From an uncultured Verrucomicrobiae bacterium (GTDB lineage Bacteria; Verrucomicrobiota; Verrucomicrobiia; Limisphaerales; JAFGQR01): a DNA stretch of 64,000 nt. The notes under the pieces were generated by a model. It did not search any database. It had not been told where the DNA came from and saw only the letters and a program-made list of their open reading frames with translations. Every line of letters begins with the position of its first letter. Position 1 is the first letter of the stretch. A program made the translations under genes and the position numbers. Location: positions 96,001 through 160,000 of the forward strand of contig CAWBHS010000110.1 in assembly GCA_963788655.1 (NCBI GenBank), in the 5' to 3' direction. Shown here in pieces: positions 11,168 to 22,300 of the stretch.

Positions 11168-12399
11168 ATGTCCCCCCTCTTCATCGTTGCCCGCAAAGAC
11201 GTGTTGCGCCATTTGAAGGATCCCATGGCGCTCATCTTCTGGGTGGCGATTCCGCTGGTGGTCGGGGTCTTGATGATTCAAGCTGTGGGCGGCAAGCAGG
11301 GGCCGGCGCCACAAGTCCACTTGTTGGTTGCCGACGAAGACGACAGCATGGGCAGCCGGTTTTTGTTGAGCGCACTGGGACAAAGTCGCGCCGCTGAGTT
11401 CATCCGGACGGAAAAGGTGGATCGCTCAACTGGCCGTCGGCACTTGGAAGACGGCGGAGGTAGCGCGCTCCTGGTCATCCCGAAAGGTTTTGCCGAAGCG
11501 GTCCTCCGGGAACAACCCACCCGCTTGACGCTGCTCACCAATCCCGCGCAACGGATCCTGCCGGGCATCGCCGAACAACTCCTGCGTTCGTTGGCCGAGG
11601 GCGTATTTTACCTGCACCGGCTGATCGGTCCGCAACTGCGCGAGATCGTGCAAGGTCCACCCAGCGACGGCGACATTGCGCGCGTCAGCATCACGATCAA
11701 CCAGACGATCCGCAGTCTGGGGCAATACCTCTTTCCGCCGGCGATCCAACTCGAATCGACCATCGTCAGCCAATCCGCTTCCAACCGTCGCACTTCGATT
11801 CCATTCGCCGCCGTGTTTTTCCCCGGAATCGTGCTGATGGCTCTGCTGTTTGCGGCCCAGGGATTGAGTACGGACATCTGGCGCGAGCGCGATGCCGGGT
11901 ACTGCGCCGCGTGTTCACGACGCCGATGGGCCTCGCGACTTTTCTGTCCGGCAAGCTCTTGGCGGCCACCGTCGTGCTGGCCGGCGTGTCCTTGCTATTG
12001 CTGGTCGTGGGAATGGAATACCTGTCACTGCCGCTGGTACGCCTGCCGCTGGCGTTGCTGTGGAGTCTGGGCTCGGGCTTGTTGCTGACCCTGCTGATGC
12101 TGGTGCTGCAATTGCACGCCTCCAGTCGCCGGGCGGCCTGGTTTCTGACTTTCAGCCTGGTCTTCCCGCTGTTCCTGGTCGGGGGCAGCATGTTTCCTTC
12201 GGAAGTCATGCCGGGTTGGATGACGACCATCGGGCGCTGGACGCCGAACGGTTGGGCCACGGAACAACTCAAAGCGCTGTTGCTGGGGCGGTCAGGACCG
12301 TTACCGTGGGTCACTGCGAGTGGGGTGCTGCTGGCTTTGGGCGGCGCTTTGTTTGCCTGGAACGTCCTTCGCCTGGTTCGGGTATTTGCCAGGAGGTAG
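11168..12399 (+). CDS. ABC-2 type permease (indel near 11900)
   Basis: ORF 11168-12088 (…IWRERDAG) joins ORF 11911-12399 (TTPMG…GKLL…GGSMFPSE…TPNGWA) to give one ABC-2 permease. The stop lies just before the next gene. Confidence 0.85.
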
Positions 12400-12401
12400 C
12401 C

Positions 12402-13541
12402 ATGCTGCGTCACGTGGGATTCATCGCACGCAAAGAAGTTCAATACCTGCTCCGCATGCGGGAAACGTTGTTGTGGTTGCTCGTCATGCCGCCGGTATTC
12501 ATGTTTTTCATCGGCACGGTTACGCAGAATTTCGGAGTCAGCGGTCCAGCGCAGGAACACCTGGCAATAGTGATGCCGAAGAATGGCGGTTTCCTGGTGG
12601 ATGAATTGGCGCGTCGGCTTCAAGAAAATGGTTACCAAGTGGACCATCCCGCCACGGCGGAAGCGTTCGCCCGTTACCAGCGACAACTGCGGGTGCCCGA
12701 TGATTTCACCGATCAAGTTCTCGCGGGCAAACCAACCATCGTGCATTTCACCCAACGCGCCGACGGCCTCGTGCGGCAATTGGATCAAGCCCGCGTGGCC
12801 CGCGCCACCTACACGGTATTGGCGGACCTGATGGCCTGCCTGCACGCGGGAGATACGACCGGTCCGGAAGCGTTCGAGCGGCTCCGGCAAATGCCGCGGT
12901 CCGTCACTGTGGACGTACGTCCGGTGGGCCGGCGAAAACAGATTCCGTCCGGCTTCGAACAGTCGGTGCCGGGGATTCTCGTCATGTTCACCTTGATTGT
13001 CATGCTGACCAGCGGGGCGGTGGCGCTCATTGCGGAACGGGACCAGGGCTTGTTGAAACGGATGGCTTCGACCCCAATGTCACGCGGGGAAGTGTTCGCC
13101 GGTAAATGGTTGGGCCGATTGACGATTGGCCTTGTCCAAATTGTATTCGCCATGATCGCGGCCAAAATTCTGTTTCGGATGAACTGGGGACCGAATTGGC
13201 CAATGGTCCTGGTGGTCCTGTTGGCGTGGGCGGCAGTGTGTGCTTCCATCGGTATGGGGCTCGGCACGCTGGCCCGGACCGACGGCCAGGCCATCGGCTT
13301 GGGCGTGCTGGCCAGCAATGTCCTGGCGGCGCTGGGGGGCTGTTGGTGGCCGGTCGAGATTACCCCACCCTGGATGCAGACCGTCGCCAACGCGCTGCCA
13401 ACCGGTTGGGCCATGAACGCGCTCCATCAATTGATCAGCTTTCAAGCCGGACCGACGACAGTTTGGCCCAACCTTGCCGCGCTTTTAGCCCTCGCGCTGG
13501 TCACCGGATTTTTCGGCGTGCGCCGCTTTCGATTCGAATAG
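12402..13541 (+). CDS. ABC-2 type permease
   Basis: AGGAGG RBS at 12391, ERDQGLLKRMASTP, LGGCWWPVEITP. Confidence 0.92.
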   Translation: MLRHVGFIARKEVQYLLRMRETLLWLLVMPPVFMFFIGTVTQNFGVSGPAQEHLAIVMPKNGGFLVDELARRLQENGYQVDHPATAEAFARYQRQLRVPDDFTDQVLAGKPTIVHFTQRADGLVRQLDQARVARATYTVLADLMACLHAGDTTGPEAFERLRQMPRSVTVDVRPVGRRKQIPSGFEQSVPGILVMFTLIVMLTSGAVALIAERDQGLLKRMASTPMSRGEVFAGKWLGRLTIGLVQIVFAMIAAKILFRMNWGPNWPMVLVVLLAWAAVCASIGMGLGTLARTDGQAIGLGVLASNVLAALGGCWWPVEITPPWMQTVANALPTGWAMNALHQLISFQAGPTTVWPNLAALLALALVTGFFGVRRFRFE

Positions 13542-13629
13542 CACGGCCACCGGGTCATGCTCCGGATGTGACTGGTAATGGTGACTTCTGGCACATCACA
13601 TGGCCCGGACGAACCGTTAGCGTTTTCCC

Positions 13630-14160
13630 ATGAAGAAGAAAGGCAAAATCAAGAAGTTCCTTTTGTTGGGCACCGGGGGAGTGGCGCTGGTCGCGCTCGC
13701 CGTCGTTGTTTGGGTCTGGCGCACTTACCATTATACGCCGGTGGAGGTGGTGCAGGATGTGCGGGCCGCCATCGCGGTGCGCAACGAACCGAACTCGGTG
13801 AAGCGGTTTATGGAAGTTCGGTACGGCCCAATGACGGAACCCGCCAATCGGCAGAAGGCCTTTGTGGACTTTTTCAACGTTCCCCATATCGAGGGGCTGC
13901 ACCTGCTGGTCCAACGCATGCCGGCATCACGGCGTGCGTCCTCCATCAACGGGATGGCCCAGTGGGTGGCGAACTATCGGAGCACCATGACGCCGGAGGA
14001 AAAAGCCTCGTTGCGTGCTTACTTCAATACCGACACCGGCCGCACGACGTTGCAGCAGGCCACCGCCAAATACCTTAGTCACGATGCGTACTACCGCGCC
14101 GCCACCGCGCCCGTTATCACCGAACTGATGATCACGATGGCCGAAATTCAGAAGCCATGA
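13630..14160 (+). CDS. Hypothetical membrane-anchored protein
   Basis: Lys-rich N-terminus, one TM helix, helical soluble part. ATGA overlap with the next gene. Confidence 0.75.
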   Translation: MKKKGKIKKFLLLGTGGVALVALAVVVWVWRTYHYTPVEVVQDVRAAIAVRNEPNSVKRFMEVRYGPMTEPANRQKAFVDFFNVPHIEGLHLLVQRMPASRRASSINGMAQWVANYRSTMTPEEKASLRAYFNTDTGRTTLQQATAKYLSHDAYYRAATAPVITELMITMAEIQKP

Positions 14161-15044
14161 AACCACTAATTTCCAATTTGAAAGTCAGCAATCGTCGGCA
14201 AGACCGGAGGTTTGGATCGATGAACAACTTAGAGCCAAAGCTGGGTTGCGGGCACGGGAGCGAATCGCTGCACGATCAGACTGCGGCCACCACCTTCCCC
14301 CTCACCCCAGCCCTCTCCCTTGGGGAGAGGGAGCACGTTCGGCGCCCACCGGGGACAGCGGGCGCTCGCCCATGTTTCGTTGCTGAGAGGGGCATTCCAG
14401 AGCGGGCGGTGAGGTTCGCGGCGCATCCGAAAACCAAGCCAGGATCGACAGCTTTTCCCTCTCCTTGGGGAGAGGGTCAGGGTGAGGGGAATCGGCGGCG
14501 CCACCGGTCCAATCCACCTGCATTTACCTTGATCGAGTTGCTGGTGGTCATAGCGATCATTGCCATCCTGGCGGGACTGCTCCTGCCGGTGTTGGGCCGC
14601 AGCAAGCGCGCGGCGCAGTCGGTGGCCTGCCTGAGCAACTTGCGCCAGATCGGCGTGGCGTTGGAACTTTATCTCCAGGACAACAACTATCGCCTGCCGA
14701 TTTGCGCGCAGTTCCCCAGCGCGGACACCAGCCTGGCGCCCATTACGACCACCCTTCATCCTTATCTTCAGTCGAAGGACATCTGGCGCTGCCTCGCTGA
14801 CCATGATTTTTTCAACCAGGAGCAGACCAGCTACGAGTGGAACCAGTTCCTGAACGGTGCCTCGTACGACCGTCCGCAAGATTGGTCGAAGGTAACCAAG
14901 TCGCTTGTAGAAGAATTTTTCGGTGGCCGCCTCAATACGCCGCTCATCGGCGATGCGAATCCATATCACGGTGCGGAAGGAATCTGGATGGGGAAGAACG
15001 CATTGTATTTTGACGGACGCGTGGAGCGGACCCGCAAGCAGTAG
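14157..15044 (+). CDS. Prepilin-type N-terminal cleavage/methylation protein (H-X9-DG-like family) with an unusually long leader
   Basis: [23 protein letters not shown] at about 14520, [10 protein letters not shown]-terminal H...NALYFDGRV. Confidence 0.9.
   Translation: MKPLISNLKVSNRRQDRRFGSMNNLEPKLGCGHGSESLHDQTAATTFPLTPALSLGEREHVRRPPGTAGARPCFVAERGIPERAVRFAAHPKTKPGSTAFPSPWGEGQGEGNRRRHRSNPPAFTLIELLVVIAIIAILAGLLLPVLGRSKRAAQSVACLSNLRQIGVALELYLQDNNYRLPICAQFPSADTSLAPITTTLHPYLQSKDIWRCLADHDFFNQEQTSYEWNQFLNGASYDRPQDWSKVTKSLVEEFFGGRLNTPLIGDANPYHGAEGIWMGKNALYFDGRVERTRKQ
14295..14491. repeat. Palindromic REP/MITE-like element inside a coding sequence
   Basis: Left arm ttccccctcaccccagccctctcccttggggagagggag (14295-14333) and inverted right arm ttccctctccttggggagagggtcagggtgaggggaa (14455-14491). 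Each arm is itself a hairpin. Confidence 0.85.
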
Positions 15045-15076
15045 CTGGCGCTTCTCAGGGGGAACAACGACAAGTT

Positions 15077-15146
15077 GTAGCCGACGATGTGAGGAGGCGG
15101 AATACGGGAAGAGGCTCCAGGTCCGTCTCCTCACGTCCGCTCCTGC
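15077..15146. repeat. GTAG-type REP doublet between convergent genes
   Basis: gtagccgacgatgtgaggaggcgga ... tccgtctcctcacgtccgctcctgc, an imperfect inverted pair. Confidence 0.7.
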
Positions 15147-15151
15147 GCGTT

Positions 15152-17785
15152 CTATTTGCTGGCACCGAGGGCAATCACTCTGGTGCCGTAAGGGGCTGGC
15201 AGCGTAGCGGTGAAGGTCGGTTTTGAGGCGGTAATCATCGGGACTTCATCACCCGTCTCCGCATCGTGGGCGCTTCCCGCCAGGGTGAAGCCAAGCCGGG
15301 CGGGATCAATGGTCACGTGAACGTTCGTCCCAGTCTTGTGCCAGCTTTGCAGCACGAGCAAGAGGGCCTGGTCTTCCCGGCGAGCGAGCAACAGCCATTT
15401 GGTGTCCGGATCATCGACATGGACTGGCGGTTGGTCAGACCAGTAATTGAAAACCTCGCATTGGGGAGTGCCGTAACCGAAGTCGTGTTTCAATTTCTCC
15501 AATTGCTTGAAGTTCTCGAAGGTGGCGAAGGGGTGCAATGGAAAAATCTCATGAACGGTGCGCATGCCCCATTCGCAACGAGCCAACTGCGGCGACAAGG
15601 CGCGGCTATCCCGGCCGATGCCCGTCACCCCGGCCAGGGCGTGCGGCAGACTGCCGGTCTGCCGTCCGGCGGTTTCGGCCAGCAGTAATTGATGCGGGAA
15701 CGGGGTGATCCGCACACCGTCCGCGGTTCGGACGGGATCGACGTGATACCATTCCCACTCGATGTCGAGCGTCGCGTCGCACCAGGTATTCCACGGCAGC
15801 AGGCGCGTATTCGTGATGTGCTGCGTATAGGCCAGCGGGAAGCGCGGAACGCCCTGGCGAACCAATTCCATCATCAGCGTCCAAATCCGCTTGTAATATT
15901 CCCGCTGTTCCCAGATGGGGCAGGCCGGTTGCACCTTGCCCCGGTCGTCAAGATACGCCGCGGACATCATCGGATCGTAAGCCGTGTAAGGCATGGTATT
16001 GTCGAAATAGAGTCCCACGCCGCGCTTCATCCATTCGTTGGCGTAGTGAAGACAAAAGTCACGATAGCTTGCCGGGAAGTTCTGGTGCCCGTGCCCATAA
16101 TTGTTCATCGGTTGCATCGCCCCGACGATTTCATCGCGCTGACGCCACGGCCACTGGGCACGCCATTCGTCCTGGTAAACTTCCCATTCTTCCGTGCTCA
16201 CATCGCTGGCGTGTTCTTCGAAATATGTCTCGGCGGCACAATTCAGAAACCGCTTTTCGAGCGTGAACGGATGCGGTTTTCCCTCCGCCTGAGACGGAGC
16301 AAAAGCGCACTGAGCCTGGTTCACAAAATACCGAAAGTTGCCATCAAACCACGGATTGTCCGCCTTACCCCAAGGATGTTTCCAGGGCTCGGCGCGTTGC
16401 CGGTCAAACTGCTCGAAGACAGTTAGATCGAGTTTGCCCGTCGCCCGCACTTGTTGAATGGCATCGACGATCTCGAAATTGTGGCCGTCCGGATATTTGT
16501 CCGCGCAGATATATCCACCCCAGCAAACGACCGGACCCGAATGCGGCGGCACACCTTGCTGATTGCGCCAGTCGCGGGGCATGGGCCGAGTGGGACTTGC
16601 CTGCAATCCAAATACCAAGCGGTGCGGCGTTTTCAGCAACGAAGGCCGGTTGACGAAATCGATCCGCAGCACCAATTGCTCGCCGCGGCGTTTGAGCGTC
16701 TGAACAATGCCTTTCGGATCCACCCGGTAGCCCCGGTCATTTTCGCCGAAGAAAGCCAGGCCGCGTTCGGCGCCGCCCAGCCAGAGGTACGGGACGAAAT
16801 CGGTAGCGATAACGTGCGACCAGGGGCGGATGTCCCGGCAGGTCCACAGCACACCGTCATCGCTGCCCGGCTCCGCATGCCACAGTGGCGGCAACCACTC
16901 TTCGGGCTTCGAGCCCCAGATGATTTTTCCGCCACGCGGAGTTTGGCCGGCGTAATTGCGTCGCATGCACTCGAAGGCGCAATAATGGAACAAGGGAGCC
17001 TCCCGATCTTTCAGCGGTATCTCCAGCGACAGGCGCTGAATCTCGGTGGCGCGGCGGCCTGGCAACAACTCAATTTCCACCTTCATGCAACCGTCCACCT
17101 CGATGGTCGAAGTCGTCCGCACGCGAACCGGGGCCGATTCGGCTTCCGCTTGATACACCACCGCATCGGCTGCTTGGGAAGTCCATTTTCCCGGACTGAA
17201 CTGCCAGCGCTCCTCACCATTCGCAGTCAGGAGACGCAGGGCAATCGGCGCCGCCAGGATTTCCTTTCCCTTGCTGATGACACTGTCCCACAGCCCAAAA
17301 CCGTTCATCGTGTATTGGCGCAAGACAACGCGGGCTTCGTTTCCGGAAACCGCGATGGGCTCGAACGGCGGGTAAATTTTGTGACTAATCCCGAGCGTGT
17401 TGCCCAGCCAGGGATAGTTCTTGTGCTGGAAGCGTTTGACCATGAATGGCCCGTTTTCACCCAGAGCAATGCGTACATCGTACCCTCCGTCGGACAAGGA
17501 GGGGAGGTCGAGCACGAGTTGGCGGCTCTCGCCGTGAAGAAGAAGCCGGCCTTCCGCCAGCACGCGTTCATCATCCGCTCGGCGCACTTGGACCGTGGCT
17601 GGTGCGGTCGCGTCGTCCGTTAGCGCCTCCGCGGCACGCACCACCAATTTCTGCAACGACGGGTAATAGGAAATGGCCGCCGCCTTTTCCAGCGTAACTT
17701 TCGGTTTGAAGGGTTCCGCCGCATCCGGTGACCGAGCCATCAGCAATACCGCGGTGACCGCAACGAGAAACGGGCTGGTCTTCAT
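15152..17785 (-). CDS. Secreted putative glycoside hydrolase (DUF6067-like)
   Basis: Signal peptide MKTSPFLVAVTAVLLMARSPDA, then WLGNTLG, PYLWLGGAERGLAFF, FGLQASP and GLYFDN, which resemble uncharacterised PVC-phylum GH-like proteins. Confidence 0.6.
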   Translation of the reverse strand: MKTSPFLVAVTAVLLMARSPDAAEPFKPKVTLEKAAAISYYPSLQKLVVRAAEALTDDATAPATVQVRRADDERVLAEGRLLLHGESRQLVLDLPSLSDGGYDVRIALGENGPFMVKRFQHKNYPWLGNTLGISHKIYPPFEPIAVSGNEARVVLRQYTMNGFGLWDSVISKGKEILAAPIALRLLTANGEERWQFSPGKWTSQAADAVVYQAEAESAPVRVRTTSTIEVDGCMKVEIELLPGRRATEIQRLSLEIPLKDREAPLFHYCAFECMRRNYAGQTPRGGKIIWGSKPEEWLPPLWHAEPGSDDGVLWTCRDIRPWSHVIATDFVPYLWLGGAERGLAFFGENDRGYRVDPKGIVQTLKRRGEQLVLRIDFVNRPSLLKTPHRLVFGLQASPTRPMPRDWRNQQGVPPHSGPVVCWGGYICADKYPDGHNFEIVDAIQQVRATGKLDLTVFEQFDRQRAEPWKHPWGKADNPWFDGNFRYFVNQAQCAFAPSQAEGKPHPFTLEKRFLNCAAETYFEEHASDVSTEEWEVYQDEWRAQWPWRQRDEIVGAMQPMNNYGHGHQNFPASYRDFCLHYANEWMKRGVGLYFDNTMPYTAYDPMMSAAYLDDRGKVQPACPIWEQREYYKRIWTLMMELVRQGVPRFPLAYTQHITNTRLLPWNTWCDATLDIEWEWYHVDPVRTADGVRITPFPHQLLLAETAGRQTGSLPHALAGVTGIGRDSRALSPQLARCEWGMRTVHEIFPLHPFATFENFKQLEKLKHDFGYGTPQCEVFNYWSDQPPVHVDDPDTKWLLLARREDQALLLVLQSWHKTGTNVHVTIDPARLGFTLAGSAHDAETGDEVPMITASKPTFTATLPAPYGTRVIALGASK

Positions 17786-17929
17786 GCCGAAATAAAGTAG
17801 CTGACGCGCGGACCGGGCAACAGGCCAATATTTGACAGCGAATGCAGCAGACGCAGTGCAGGCTCGAAAGTATTTGGGAAGGAGATATTTGAATTGCACT
17901 GGGAGAACTTAGTCGTGTTTATGCAGTTA

Positions 17930-17978
17930 CTCCCCAGACCGTGGGATAGAACTGTATTCTATCCCACGGTCTGGGGAG
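17930..17978. repeat. Perfect 22-bp inverted repeat with 5-nt loop
   Basis: ctccccagaccgtgggatagaa-ctgta-ttctatcccacggtctggggag. Confidence 0.9.
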
Positions 17979-17985
17979 CAAGTGG

Positions 17986-18129
17986 GGGGAGCGCGCCCGC
18001 CTCGGGCGCTGCCAACCGGCGCCCTCGCCGGTTGGCCTCGCGAGCCGTCACTGAATCGTGAATGCGTTGGGATGATCGGGAGTGGTTGGCGAGGCGCCAA
18101 CCACAGCGCCCGGGGCGGGCGCGCTCCCC
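17986..18129. repeat. MITE/REP-like element with 26-bp terminal inverted repeats and internal hairpins
   Basis: ggggagcgcgcccgcctcgggcgctg ... cagcgcccggggcgggcgcgctcccc. Confidence 0.8.
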
Positions 18130-18654
18130 TTTTGAACTGAATCGTTACGGTGCAGCAGCCAGCGGCGCGCGCCCGATAAGGGGCGTGCCATTGCGTTCAC
18201 ATCCTGCCCAAGCGGCCGCGGGACAAGTAGGCTCAGTCTTGGGTGGCAATCCTGACGAGCCCTCGGCCCATACGCCGGACGAGAGTCTTCTACCAGGTCG
18301 CCACCGCGCCCGCACAGTAGCTGCACTTTGATTCATTCCCGGTTCCAGCCCGTGGTTGCCGGCAGCCTGCAAGTTGGCGACTTCTACTTGCAGCAAGGAC
18401 GACGGGCACAACCACTAAAACTTCCCCGCTCAAAAAAAATAGAAAATCTTCAAAGAGTACTTGCGCCCCGGCGGGGAGTAGGTTAAACAGGTCTGTCTTA
18501 CAAGGGTAGTGAAACTAATCCTACCTGGGTGCTGTAAGGGTCGCTTCATGGCGGACCAACGATTTACACAAGCATTGTGGCGAATAAATTTTATTCTATT
18601 CCACGAGCCGGCGCATTAATTTGCGCCCGTAAGTTTTTACCGCGGTTACACTGA

Positions 18655-19305
18655 ATGGCGGCAATTTTTCCAAAGTGGACAAACCGGGTGCCCGCAATGG
18701 TGATGGCGGGCGCTTTGTTGATGAGCGGCGGGGTGACGGCAGGCGTGTGGTACTATTTTACGCCCAAGTACACCCGGGTCGGTTATCAACCCATCCAGCC
18801 GGTTGCCTTTTCCCACGCGATTCATGTGGACCAGGTGGGCCTGGACTGCCGGTATTGCCACACGGACGTGGAACGGTCCTGGTATTCGAATGTGCCCTCG
18901 ACGTCCACCTGCATGAATTGCCACAAGCACATTCTCAAGGACGATCCCCGGCTGGCGCCCGTGCGCGAAAGTTATGATATGGAGCAGCCCATTCGCTGGG
19001 TGCAGATTCACAAGTTGCCGGACTACGTGTATTTCAACCACTCGGTCCACGTGAACCGTGGCATTAGTTGCGTGATGTGTCATGGCCCGATTAACAAGAT
19101 GGACGTGGTCTATCACGCCAAGCCATTCAGCATGACGTTTTGCCTGGACTGCCATCGCAATCCGGGTCCCAACCTCCGGCCCAAGGATCAAATTACCAAC
19201 CTGGATTGGGATCCGCACCAACACCTGCCGAAGGAGTGGTTTGCCCGCGCCAAGAAGGAGTGGAAAATCAACGCTTCGCAAAACTGTTCCGCCTGCCATC
19301 GATGA
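18655..19305 (+). CDS. actA: Alternative complex III pentaheme cytochrome c subunit
   Basis: N-terminal TM, PIQPVAFSHAIH, five CxxCH motifs (CRYCH, CMNCH, CVMCH, CLDCH, CSACH), LPDYVYFNHSVH. Confidence 0.93.
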   Translation: MAAIFPKWTNRVPAMVMAGALLMSGGVTAGVWYYFTPKYTRVGYQPIQPVAFSHAIHVDQVGLDCRYCHTDVERSWYSNVPSTSTCMNCHKHILKDDPRLAPVRESYDMEQPIRWVQIHKLPDYVYFNHSVHVNRGISCVMCHGPINKMDVVYHAKPFSMTFCLDCHRNPGPNLRPKDQITNLDWDPHQHLPKEWFARAKKEWKINASQNCSACHR

Positions 19306-22300
19306 AACGGATTCCACCCCCTTGCCCTGAACCGGAAAGCGGCCCGACCTACTGGCGCAGCCTGGATCATTTGGCGGACACGCCCGAGTTTCGTCAGTGG
19401 GTCGAACGGGAGTTTCCCGATGGCGCCAGTGAATTTCGTGACCCGGTTTCACGCCGGCATTTCCTCAAGATCATGTCCGCCTCGTTCATGCTGGCGGGAC
19501 TGGGACTAGCTGGCACCGGTTGCCGGCGTCCGGAGGAACACATTCTCCCGTTTACCCGGCAGCCGGAGGGCTACATCCATGGGATGCCGGAGTTTTATGC
19601 CACGGCGATGCCGACTCGTCGTAGTGCGGTGCCGCTGGTCGTCAAAGCGCACGAATCGCGTCCGGTGAAAATCGAAGGCAACGCCGAACATCCCGATAGC
19701 AATGGCGGGACAGATACGTTTTCGCAGGCCTCGTTGCTGAGCCTTTACGATCCGGATCGCGCGATGCGGTTCACGTACCAGGGCACAACGACCGAACGGG
19801 CGCGAGTGATGGATTTCCTGGATTCATCGGCCCGGAAATTCACAACCAACGGCGGAGAAGGACTGTGCTTCCTGCTGGAGCAAAGCAGCTCACCTTCGCG
19901 GGAACGATTGCTGGCGGCGATCAGCAAGAAATTTCCCCAAGCCCAATGGTTCGTTTATGAACCGGTGAACTTGGACGTCGGGAACAGCGTGGCCAGCGCA
20001 TTGGCCGGTCAACCGGTTAGATCGCGCCACCATCTGGACCGGGCCAAGGTGATTCTTTCGCTCGACTGCGATTTTATTGGGGCCGAGCAGGACGCGCATC
20101 GGTTCATTCGCGACTTCGCGCGTGGACGGAAGCTTACCGGTCCCGGCGATACGATGAACCGCCTTTATGCGGTGGAAGGCTTGCTGACTCAGACCGGCAT
20201 GAACGCCGATCATCGTCTGCGCGTGCCGACAAGTACCGTCGTGGCCATCGCCGCTGCCATCGCCGCTGAATTGGTGACGGGGAATGCGGCAATCAAGGCG
20301 TTGGCGCAAAAGCATCCTTTGCCCGCCGAAGTGGACCGGGCGTGGGTGACCGAATGCGCGGCGGACCTCAAGGCGAACCGCGGCTCGTCATTGATCCTGG
20401 CCGGGTATCGCCAACCGCCGGCCGTTCACGCGCTGGCGCACTGGCTGAACCAGATGTTGGGCAACAGCGGCAAGACCGTCGAGTTCGTGCCGGATTTGCC
20501 GACGCCGGGGAGCATCGAGCAATTGGCCCAATTGCTCGACAACGGCAAGGTGGACACGCTGGTGATCCTGGGCGGCAATCCCGTCTATAACGCACCCGCC
20601 AATCTCAATTGGGCTTCGGCGCAAGCCAAAGCCAAAAGCGCCGTGGTGCGACTGGGTTATTTCGAGGACGAAACCTTTGCGGCCAGCACCTGGCATTTGC
20701 CGATGGCGCACTATCTCGAGTCCTGGGGCGATGCCCGCACCGGCGATGGTACGCTCGTGCCGGTGCAACCGTTGATCTTCCCGCTGTTCGGCGGCTTGAC
20801 TGAACTGGAAGTCCTGGCCCGGATCGGCGGACTGCAAAGTTACCGGCCCTATCAAACGGTTCGCGACACGTTCAAAGAACTGGAAGGCGCCGACAATTTT
20901 GAAGAGAATTGGAAGAAGTTTTTGCACGACGGTTTCCTGGCCAACTCGGCGGTCAAACCAGTTTCGGTGCAATTTGCGCCGGCGCGGTTGGCAACATTGA
21001 TCAATAACGCCACGGCCACGCCGGCTCCGGACAAGGATCGGGTGGAAGTGGTATTCCAACGCGATTACAAGGTGGATGACGGCCGGTGGAGCAACAACGG
21101 CTGGCTCCAGGAAATGCCTGATCCAGTGACCAAAATGACCTGGGACAGCGCCGTGTTGATGAGCCGCAAAACCGCCGAGGCTTTTGGGGTGCAGGCCGCC
21201 CCCACCTCGGGACCGCACCACGGCCGGGCGGAGATGGTGGAAATCGAATTGGACGGGCGCAAGGTCAAGGGGCCGGTTTGGATTCAGCCCGGCATGGCGG
21301 ACTTCGTGGTGGGATTGGCGCTCGGTTACGGCCGGAAGAAGACCGAGCGAGGCGGCACGGGGCGCGTCGGTCATAACGTGGGCGCTTACAATGCCTACGC
21401 CTTGCGCACCAGCGGGGCGATGCACTTCACCGTGGGCGCCAAGTTGCGTCAAGCGGTGGAGACCTATCAGGTAGCCTGCACGCAGGAACACGGCGCGATG
21501 GAAGGACGACCCATCATTCGTGAAGCCAACGCGCAGCAGTACGCCGAAACGCCGCAGTTCGCGAAGAACATGGATCCGATGGCCCACACGCCCTTCATTC
21601 CCAAGGACGCCGAGGGCCGGCCCATCAAGATTTACGAGCACCCGTATCATGCCTACGATGACCGCAAGTCGCAGGACGGGGTTGATCTTTCCGGAAAACT
21701 GTTCCACAGCGACGTGCATCAATGGGGGATGTCCATTGACCTGAATTCCTGCGTCGGATGTACGGCGTGCGTGATGGCCTGCCAGAGCGAAAACAACATC
21801 CCAATCGTGGGCAAGGACCAGGTGTGGCGCAGCCGCGAGATGCACTGGATCCGGATCGACCGCTACTACAGCGGCGACCGGGAAAAGTCGCACGCGGAGA
21901 TGATCGACGATCCGCAAGTCGTCGTGCAACCGATGATGTGCCAGCACTGCGAAGCCGCGCCGTGCGAAAACGTCTGTCCGGTCAACGCCACCGTCCACGA
22001 TGAAGAAGGCTTGAACGTGATGGTCTACAACCGTTGCGTCGGCACGCGTTATTGCTCGAACAACTGTCCCTACAAGGTCCGCCGCTTCAATTTCTTCGAT
22101 TACAACAGCCGCACCGTTCGAGCAGTTGCGGGGACCGTTTTATCCGACGCCGTTGACCAGCGTTACGGACGGCGAATGGGACCTTGAAACGTTGGTGGAA
22201 GAATCCGCAGCGCGGCACGCCAACCGGAAGACGAATGGGAGTTGCATCAAATGGTGAAGAATCCGGATGTCACGGTGCGCATGCGCGGCGTGATGGAGAA

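Noticed and set aside
13550..13608. Imperfect stem-loop after the second permease
   Set aside because: Short imperfect arms in GC-rich DNA and no U-tract; cannot be assigned a function.
18048..18411. Small ORFs or an ncRNA upstream of the act operon
   Set aside because: No motifs, RBS or recognisable RNA family.
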